From assembly GCA_002269645.1 (NCBI GenBank), contig NIVC01004505.1, positions 1 through 43,791 of the forward strand: 43,791 bases of DNA, given 5' to 3'. The notes beneath the pieces are model-generated. The model was not told the origin of the DNA and searched no databases. It worked only from the letters and a program-made list of their open reading frames with translations. Shown in pieces: positions 34,732 to 43,791 of the stretch; position 1 is the stretch's first letter; each line of letters begins with the position of its first letter. A program made the translations under genes and the position numbers. This DNA comes from Macrostomum lignano. Lineage: Eukaryota.

Positions 34732-35439
34732 AAATGGTACGGCGAAACTTGGAAGTCGAGATAAACCCTATTCGATTTGCGCGCTGGTATAAACGCGCAC
34801 AGTGGTATAAGCGCGTATTCTGTTATAAGCGCGCCTTGCAGTTGTGCGCAGATTATTAACGAAAAGTAGCAGAAAAGCGCGCAGACATGAAAGTCAGTGC
34901 GCAAATTTTAAAACTGCTCGTATTGCAATATTTTCCCAACCCATACTTTCTGGTAAGGTCGTTATTTCCATCTCTATTCCCTATCTTTTCCTTCCCTCTC
35001 GTTATCGACTTCAGAAGGCGCTGTAGAAAGTAGAAAGTACCTAACGCTAAGGACCGTCAACCTCCTTTTTCCTCTTCATCAAGTCCTGCCCAGTTCACGG
35101 CTACACGCTCCTCAATTCCAAAACTCTCCCCCTGTTTCCCCTACCATCGCCTACGCATTCAATGAACAACCCCCTCCTCTCCAAAATTCTGCCGGTCGCC
35201 ACTCTAGTTGGGAAACACGGCATGAAGAGCTGGCTACAGACAGGGGGCGATAGCATGAAGGCGCGCGGCGATCTCACTGTGAGCATAGCACACTCTTATT
35301 ATTCAACAGTCAAAGCAGTTTTAACAACTTTGACGGGCTGCTTGACTTGAGAGGCTTGAGGAAAAATAACTGATATTTGGAGAGCTAAAGTGGATTAGGT
35401 GATGGGTTTCCTAACATGTGCGAGTCCTCCCGTGAGTCT

Positions 35440-35722
35440 CTGCCTCCCCCCCCTCCATGAAGCCTTCAGTGAGTCTCTGCCACCCACCCCTCCATGACAG
35501 GCTTCAGTGAATCTCTGCCACCCCCTCCATGACAGCCTTCAGTGAGTCTCTGCCACCCACCCCCTCCATGGCAGCCTTCAGCGAGTGTCTGCCACCCACC
35601 CTCTCCATGACAGCCTTCAGTGAGTCTCTGCCACCCCTCCATGACAGCCTTCAGTGAGTCTCCGCCACCCACTCCCTCCATGACAGCCTTCAGTGAGTCT
35701 CTGCCACCCCTCAATGACAGCC
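35440..35722. repeat. ~34-39-bp minisatellite CAGCCTTCAGTGAGTCTCTGCCACCC...CTCCATGA near the RPIA exon 2 donor
   Basis: About 7-8 units. Confidence 0.92.
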
Positions 35723-35801
35723 TTTAGAAGAGCCCATTAACCCTAACACATTCTGTAAGTCAGTTTTACAAATTAATCATAAAATATAAATTAGTTCTTA
35801 C

Positions 35802-35862
35802 AGATTCTGTCGATCACATGCACCATTGTTCTGCCAGAGCCGATGCCAATAGTTTGACAATT
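35802..35862 (-). CDS. RPIA: Ribose-5-phosphate isomerase A, exon 2 (61 nt; not in the ORF track)
   Basis: TTTAG|NCQTIGIGSGRTMVHVIDRI T|GTAAG; the phase 1 join T|CT gives Ser into exon 3. Confidence 0.9.
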
Positions 35863-35950
35863 CTAAAAAATTTTTCCAAATGTAAAAATGCCACAAATTA
35901 AAGTATACACTATACAATAACTAAATATTTCAAATGGAAAGGTGACTCAC

Positions 35951-36043
35951 TTGCAAGTGTTCATCAACAGCAGCATAGGCTGCCTGCTTCCTTGCAACAT
36001 CCTTTTTGTAATCTACACTGTTGTGACGATTTGTGGAATTCAT
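35951..36043 (-). CDS. RPIA: Ribose-5-phosphate isomerase A, first coding exon (31 codons); spliced CDS 741 nt, 246 aa
   Basis: MNSTNRHNSVDYKKDVARKQAAYAAVDEHLQ|GTGAG matches the RPIA N-terminal helix (AK..AA..AV..HV); 88-nt intron to exon 2. Confidence 0.85.
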
Positions 36044-37969
36044 TGTTCTTGTTTTTAGATTGTTTAATATTCAATGATTCATTAAAATATCAGCAATTTT
36101 TGTTTGGATGCAGCTGTTAATTGAATATACAACTATGAACATAATTAATTTATTTCAACCTATAACAAATATAAAAATTCATGCTATTCATAAATCTTTT
36201 AAAATAAAATAAAATGATCAATTTTAGGCTAATGATGATATTTGCAGATTTGAATAGGCTAAATGCAACTAAAATGCCTATTTTGAATTATAGAAATCAA
36301 TCAAAATTATGATTTGCCTATTGTCTATGCTCATTAAGGCTAATTGTCAAAGCAAAATATTTTTATGTTTTTATATACTAGCAAACTGAAATATCTTCTG
36401 CGACACTTATAGACTTAGACTATAATGATATATGCAACCTCTAAATGTCCTTTGAACATGCAAAACTAGTCCAAGAAAAATTCTTGCATTCAACAAGGAC
36501 AGAACAAAGTGTTAGGAAGTCTAGTACCATATATATAGTATATATTAGGGAGTCTAGGAAGTTTTTTATGTGCACTATATAGCAGCAGATGCTAAACTCC
36601 TGTCATATACCATTATCAAATATCAAAGCTATTATATTATATATACATAGTTGCATTGAAACATGACAATATTTTTTTTGAGGTGAGTATCTTATAATAA
36701 TATTAAAATGCACATAGTATCTTATTACTATTATATACAAAGAAATAATTTGATTTAAGTTAATATAAGCCTAATATAAACATTTTGATAAATATAATAC
36801 TAAACAAATATTTTTTTGTAATTATACAATATCACTTTATTAAACCTCCTTACTTTGTGCAATCAATTTTTTATCAACTCCCTTGGCCACCTCCAAGTCT
36901 ATTAAGGCATTGATATATATGCTAAAGGTGTGATCTGACCCTCCTATATATAGCATGCAATGCTGTAAATTCTCACATATATGGTATACACTTAGGACTA
37001 TAGGACAAGGCTAGATTTCCTACTATAAATAATAAGCAATTGGCTAAATTTTATAATTATATTCAAGTAAAAGCCACAATATACTGTAAGGCCAATTTCA
37101 TGGCCTACTTTTTTTCAAAGGGAGCAATATGACTTTATCTCTAGTATAAATTAACATTGCTCTGCCACCTATCATTATGACATTATAGTAAATATATTAG
37201 GCCTATAGTAAAGAAGAATATATTTTATCATCATAGTTGCCATATAAATTCATGAGCATCATGGCATAGCCATATAGGCCTAGGCATAGTCATACTTATA
37301 CATAGTGATACTCAAATAAGAACAATATAGGCCCCCTACAATGATTATATTAGATCAGGGCCTACTATTAGATCAATCATTACATTTACAAAATGATTTC
37401 ACAATATATAAAACTTCTAAAAACTAACTTTATTTTGTGCAGGCCTATATTATAAGTGAAATTATATACAATTATAGTCATAGATTAGGTTTCAAAGTGT
37501 GTTAGGCCCTGCTATAATTTAACTTTAGTTTTTTGGTACAAAATACAAACATGCATAGAAAATAGAGCAAGAATGAGGAATAGTGAGGTATCACCTCCTA
37601 TAAATAAGTTTGAATGATTCAATTGATACTTGTCTACTATCTTGATTCTCCAGACTTAAGTGTTGTACTGTACTAGTGCTAATTATATCCCTTTATAATA
37701 GTATTCTTGAATATTCTTTCCATGTAATATCTGTATAATCGAATAATATTGTAGCCTTTCTTAGAAATCACCTGTATAACTTTTGCTGACACATTTTCAG
37801 ACAGATCTTCCGACACTTTTTATGACACTTAAAATGTTGCAAAAAGTGTCTGAAAAGTGTCGTATGGTTAACTTCTACCAACATATCTTCCGACACTTAA
37901 AATGTTGCTTCTTAGAGCTAGGTGATGTGTATATATAGCTCGTACTATTCATGTAAGCTTATATGTATG

Positions 37970-38540
37970 TTTGTTAAGTACGCACTACTTAGAAGCCTGC
38001 AGTGCACATTTTAATTGTGTTGCGCGTTTTTGTTATAAATGTATCGGGAAATCAGGGGTATATATAAGAGCAATTTTGCAGCAAATAAACTCTAACTGGC
38101 TTTTACCTATGAGCAAATATTGCAAACAAAATAAGCAGTTCAATCTATACATTTCAAAGTCTTTCAAGTTAAATAGCAACTTATTCATTTACAAAAGCTG
38201 AGAGCAGTACCAAGAAACTTGCTAAGAGAAGGGAATCGGGGAATAATTCACAGAAGTGTAGGCCTATTACGAGAGGCGTCGTGACCCTCTAGTCTCATCT
38301 CAGTAAATGCCCGATCAGGACTATCTACTAATTCATGTACCAGTACTAGACCGCTCAGGCGATAAGCTACCAGAACGCTACTAAGAATGCTACCCAGAAA
38401 TATTTACATGGAATTCTAAGAAACAAGTAGAAATTGAAAAGAGAGAAATAAAAAACCCTGTTACAACTTGGTGGCAATTAGTGGGATAGTTGGAGGACAG
38501 AAATAAGCCCTACGACAACTTTTGTGGCAGCTCGTAGGAT
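37970..38540 (+). mobile_element. LTR family copy D with a duplicated PBS-like segment
   Basis: TATATATAA at 38059; GTGACCCTCT and TAGACCGCTCAGGC shared with copy C; AATAAA at 38447; TTACA at 38461-38465, then TGGTGGCAATTAGTGGGAT; second ACAACTTTGTGGCAGCTCGTAGGAT at 38515-38540. Left boundary approximate. Confidence 0.55.
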
Positions 38541-39699
38541 ATTCAATAAACACTAGCATCAATATAGTTATGAGTTTAGAAAGACAGAGCCGAAAGGCCT
38601 GTCACAGTACATTAAACATTTATAATTATATACAATATTATATTATTTATCAATATCATACACATCAAAAAGAAAAGGTACAATGATTCTAAATCTGAAT
38701 TTGAACTTATATGCACAAAACAGACTTTTTAATGGTTTGAACAGTAGGCCTACCCTAATACAAACAAGTACACTTCTGACCATTCGTTTTTGAATGTTTG
38801 ACTGTTTTTGATTGACTTTGAACACAAAATATAGTTCGTTTCTAGGAATTTATTTTTCAAACTTTACCAAAATTAGGGTGCCTGTTTGTTTTTTAAAAAC
38901 CCGCAACTTTTTTATAGCCATAACGCCGCATCAAATTTTGTGTGGTCTATTAAATTACAAACTTTAATTTTATAAATGTTGTTTTAAAGCTGTTTAATAC
39001 TCTCAAACAGTGAAGGGAAAAGATTAGCTCTTTCCTACCGGACTCTACTATTTCTACTGTGTGGCGGCCAGACTGGTGAGCGGGACCCGCCTGTACACAG
39101 TAGGCCCCTGCACGCCTGGCTGCTGGGGAGTTTTGCCCAGCCAGCCAGTTCGATCTGACTCACACCTCCCGTTAAAGTATAAATGACTATGCTTAAACAA
39201 ATATACGCAAGAGCTTTTTGCTCGCTTGCCACTTTTAAAGCTACCACTCGCAAGCCGCTTTAACCGGATATTTTAAACGAGAGCTAAAATCTTTCATTCC
39301 TTTGACTGCGTGTGTATAGAAATGAAAACCTACATTCCCACAAGAAGAATAGGCATTTAATATGCAGTTAAAAACGAAAAGTTTTGATCTGGTAATTTTT
39401 CCTAAGACTTACTATAAGCATTGAGGGGAGGGGCAATGCAGAAAAAATCTGCCGCGTGGCAAAATGCGCTACAGGACAAAACATAGCGGGCAAACCAGCT
39501 CCTTCGGCGGGCAAATCGCTCGCTGGCAATTCACTCGCGGGCAAAATGCACTTCGGGGAAATCTCAGCGGGAGTATAGCTCGGCGGGCAATTCGTCTACT
39601 GGCAATTCTCATGGACCCTTGGTTCTTGCCGGTTCTGGCAGGTGGCTATAGCCGATTTGCTGCATGGAACGTGACACCCTTTGCTCTCTCTCTCTCTCG

Positions 39700-39830
39700 C
39701 CCATTGTTTTCGACCCGCGGCCGATTGGCCAGTCAGTCCCTCCTATCGATCCTTTAAATTCTCTCTCCTCCGCACCGCGCTGATTGGCTGCATGGCCACT
39801 CATCCTCAACTCTCTCCCTCCTTTCTCTTT
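39700..39830. promoter_or_regulatory. Possible promoter: CpG-rich segment with two CCAAT boxes (GATTGGC)
   Basis: GATTGGC near 39722 and 39782 in a locally CpG-rich stretch; no transcript evidence. Confidence 0.3.
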
Positions 39831-40061
39831 TTAGTGTTAAATTTTGCCGTCTGGCTAACCTCCTCCCCTAACCTTGGCTCGTTCGGCGACACCTCGTCGT
39901 GTGATACTGGTATTTGCTCTGAAACTGTGTGCTGTTTCTGTGCCGCCGTTTCACTGCGAAGACTCGATCGATTCATTGCGAAGATTTTATTCGGAAAATC
40001 AACAATCGAACGGCAAAATAGCTATAGCCCAGTAAATCTAGTATAGGCTCTACAGCTCGAT

Positions 40062-40345
40062 CTGTGCGTCCTCTGTGAGGCCTCTGGACCCAGGCTCTAC
40101 TCTGTGCGTCTTCTGTAAGGCCTCTGGACCCAGGCTCTACTCTGTGCGTCTTCTGTAAGGCCTCTGGACCCAGGCTCTACTCTGTGCGTCTTCTGTAAGG
40201 CCTCTGGACCCAGGCTCTACTCTGTGCGTCTTCTGTAAGGCCTCTGGACCCAGGCTCTACTATACCCTGTGCGTCCTGTGACGCCACTGGACCCCGGCTC
40301 TACTCTGTGCGTCCTGTGACGCCACTGGACCTAGGCTCTACTCTA
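40062..40345. repeat. 40-bp minisatellite CTCTACTCTGTGCGTCTTCTGTAAGGCCTCTGGACCCAGG
   Basis: About 7 units. Confidence 0.95.
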
Positions 40346-41417
40346 TGAGCGAAATTATTGTCAGTGTGTACCAACGTCTTACATGTTTTTTTTATATATA
40401 CATGTATCCCCAGAGCGTCCCAACGTCTGATACTGTACGAGTCGTACATACAAATTTTGTTTCGTAGTTATTCATTTTGGGAACCCGAACTGACCCTTGT
40501 CTTTACATTACAATCAAAAGCAATGGATAGAATATTTTTAACGAAACGATTATCTATTTACCACAGACTACTTACAGTAGAAGGACGAGAAGGTACAATT
40601 AGTTTCGTAGAAATATTTTTACAATCGAATTTTCCAGAGAAATATAACTCCTAGTGATCATTGCCATGGTTGCGGTTGATCTGGGCATGTCTGAGAAATT
40701 GCTTGTTTCGGCCAAATTGCATAAATAGTAATTAAATCTGTTTAATAACTTTTGCTGTAACATTCTGTATAGCTGAAATTGGACTAATGTCGACTAGCTT
40801 GCTATCTGCAAAAATAATCTACAAAAATATTGTGCCTTAATTTTTGTTCCTGTCGAAATGACTTGCTTGTGAAGTTGGCATTGAGTAGCGAGCGACAACT
40901 GTGCAACAGTTATAAATGCGTGGCCGAACAGATTCTTCATCCAGGAAAAATCCGACCTCATCATCGCAGAATCTTGTCGTTATTAGATTTATTTGCGGCT
41001 GTGCCTGTGCAACGTTTTGTTATTCGGTTCGGTCACTAGGAAAAATTTCATCATTCTAATCGTGTTGGCTAATCTGTGCTTCAAGTTTTCTGTCTTGGAT
41101 CATGTTCAGTCGGATTCTTTCCGTTGTCTGTCCCCCGGTCACTGTCGCCTTGGTTCCAAGCATATCGCATGCCAGATGATATTGAAAATTAGAATTTGGT
41201 CTTGTGGAGGATCGAGTGGCTCTCCTGAACCTACACGTGCAGTGACCGCATGGCAAACGGACGATGCGAGCCGGCTGATCGAGAAGAGCCAGAGAAGTCA
41301 GTTCGACTGCAGATTTCTAAAATAAATTTCTACCTCGTAAAGAAATTTCATGTTGAGAATATTTTGTTTCTTGCGTTGAAAATTTTGATAAAATTGAACA
41401 TACTTTGTAGATGTGAA

Positions 41418-42590
41418 TGTAGTTTTAGTCACGGTGAATACTGTTTTAGTCACGGTGAACACTGTTCTAGTCACGGTGAATAGCGCTATAGTCACGGTGA
41501 ATACTATTCTATTCACGGTAAATACTATTCTAGTCACGGTAAATACTGTTCTAGTCACGGTGAATACCACTCTATCACGGTGAATACTATTCTAGTCACG
41601 GTAAATACTGTTCTAGTCACGGTGAATATATTCTAGTCACTTTGAATACTGTCTATAGTCACTTTGAATACTGTTCTAGTCACTTTGAATACTGTCTATA
41701 GTCACTTGAATACTGTTCTAGTCACGGTGAATACTGTTCTAGTCACTTTGAATACTGTTCTAGTCACGAATACTGTTCTAGTCACGAATACTGTTCTAGT
41801 CACGGTGAATAGCGCTATAGTCACGAATACTGTTCTAGTCACGGTGAATACGCTATAGTCACGGTGAATACTGTTCTAGTCACGTGAATAGCGCTATAGT
41901 CACTTGAATACTGTTCTAGTCACGGTGAATACTATAGTCACGGTGAATACTGTTCTAGTCACTTTGAATACTGTTCTAGTCACTTTGAATACTGTTCTAG
42001 TCACTTTGAATACTGTTCTAGTCACGGTGAATACTGTTCTAGTCACGGTGAATACTGTTAACGCTGTCAGTTACTGTATCACGAAAACTGTTCTAGTCAC
42101 GGTGAATACTGTTCTAGTCACGGTGAATATTTCTAGTCACGGTGAATAGAACGGCTATAAAATAATGTCTATTCACGGTAGTTCTAGTCACGGTGAATAC
42201 TCTCAACTATGCTGTTCAGGTGAATATTTCTAGTCACGGTGAATACTGTTCTAGTCACGGTGAATACTGTTCTAGTCACGGTGCTGTCAGTGCACGGTGA
42301 ATCTGTCAGTGCCTCATTCACGGTGAATACTTTCTACACGGTAACTGTTCTAGTCACGGTGAACAGTTCTAGTCACGGTGAATACTGTTCTAGTCACGGT
42401 GAATACTGTTCTAGTCACGGTGAACCTGTTCTAGTCACGGGCTAGAATGTTCTAGTCACGTGAACACCACTTATCAAGGTGAATACTGTTCTAGTCACGG
42501 TGAACACTGGGTATCCGGTGAACACCATCTCTATCTGTCTAGTCACCTCACTGTTCTAGTCACGGTGAACACTGTTCTAGTCACGGTGAA
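41418..42590. repeat. 21-bp minisatellite TACTGTTCTAGTCACGGTGAA
   Basis: About 50 units, many with indels; source of the NTVLVTV ORFs; contains the palindrome TCAC-G-GTGA. Confidence 0.95.
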
Positions 42591-43397
42591 CACTTGCAAC
42601 CACTCACTCCGGATCCCATTTTCCCAGTTCCCGCCTACCTGGATCAGCTGTTTTCGCCAGAAGAACGGCCCATAAAATGAATGTCATTCGAATTCAATAA
42701 TAAATTCTCAACTTGCTGTTAGGTTATTCAATAAAACTGCCGCAAGAAACTGGGGCAGGCAGGCGCTGGCAGTGCCACCCTATCGCATGCCTCATTCAAC
42801 TTACTTTGGACACCAACTGCACTCACCGAACAGCTGCAGAGAGTTCCAGGCTTTCTGCTTTGCCCTGTAGCAACTGGGCTAGCGAAATGGCGCAGTCAAC
42901 TTCCAAGGAATTTCTGGTCGTGTAATTGGGTATTCCGAACTCCCATCTCTCTCTCTCTCTCTCTCTCACCTCTCTTTCATGCAGTTGTTAGAATTGGCAA
43001 TTGCAACCACTCACTCCGGATGCCATTTTCCCGTTCCCGCTACCTGGATCAGCTGTCAGCAACAAATTATCTTTCGCACTTAATGGGGAGATGGCAGCTA
43101 TGAGGCTTTTTTTCAGGGAAAATAATTCTTTAAGTCTGGGTGGGACTTCTTAAACTAGAAGAAGTTTTTAGTTACAACAATTTGCTAAAAAGATCTGCAG
43201 TTTCTGCTTTGTGTCAAGGTCCAGTTGTGTATACGTTGCTAGTCTTTGTTTTGATCGGAAAAGATGAAAAGATTTTTTCAATAGGATAAGAAGCAATCTG
43301 AGGAGCCAGTCATAGTTTGTTTTGCGCAGATTTTTAATTAGCTTTTCTGAAACTTGGTTTAGGATTGGCATGCACTTGCTAAGATAGATGGGTAGAG

Positions 43398-43791
43398 GTG
43401 GTAGAATGGGAGACAGCGCACCCATAGACATTGGGACAGATTGGGTAGTTCAGTGGGTAGAATGGGAGACAGCGCACCCATAGACATTGGACAGATTGGG
43501 TAGTGCAGTGGTAGAATGGGAGACAGCGCACCCATAGCATTGGGACAGATTGGGTAGTGCGTGAGTAGAATGGGAGACAACGCACCCATAGACATTGGGC
43601 AGATTGGGTAGTTCAGTGGGGTAGAATGGGAGACAGCGCACCCATAGACATTGGACAGATTGGTAGTGCAGTGAGTAGAATGGGAGACAGCGCACCCATA
43701 GACATTGGGACAGTTTGGGTAGTTCAGTGGGTAGAATGGGAGACAGCGCACCCATAGACATTGGGACAGATTGGGTAGTGCAGTGAGTAGA
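43398..43791. repeat. ~56-bp minisatellite GGTAGAATGGGAGACAGCGCACCCATAGACATTGGGACAGATTGGGTAGT(T/G)CAGTG, running off the window
   Basis: About 7 units. Confidence 0.95.

Noticed and set aside
31440-35360. GC-richer patches at 31440-31700, 33310-33660 and 35040-35360 as LINE remnants or nested genes
   Set aside because: Short ORFs with no recognisable motif or consistent splice pattern.
37790-37915. Small GACACTT/AAGTGTC inverted and direct repeats
   Set aside because: Too short and partial to define an element; no TSD.
40830-41330. Short overlapping ORFs as a plus-strand gene
   Set aside because: No recognisable domain and only a weak donor candidate.

Overview
This is eukaryotic (animal) genomic DNA, not a prokaryotic locus. 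GC-rich exons with GT-AG introns sit among minisatellites and transposon relics; the style suggests a flatworm such as Macrostomum, which is inference only. Supported genes: the terminal exon of an MFSD2/MelB-type (GPH family) MFS transporter (+); a secreted F-type lectin (-); a complete two-exon TFIIB (-); two linked 3' exons of an unidentified gene (-); and a complete five-exon ribose-5-phosphate isomerase A (-, about 9.3 kb). Mobile DNA includes a frameshifted DD34D mariner, an internally deleted mariner with 200-bp inverted arms, two hAT-type MITEs, three tRNA/CORE-like SINEs, four copies of one LTR family, a THAP cassette between inverted repeats, and hAT, Penelope-like and mariner relics. 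There is no CRISPR array or bacterial-type system; most long ORFs in the track are repeat read-through. Best leads: (1) RIP-like CpG and CpA hypermutation confined to some repeat blocks; (2) minisatellites that line introns up to the splice sites and, in TFIIB, appear to supply the acceptor; (3) a TFIIB with Ala at the human R286 BREu-contact position; (4) an RPIA with two altered active-site motifs. All coordinates and alignments were read by eye; no searches were run.
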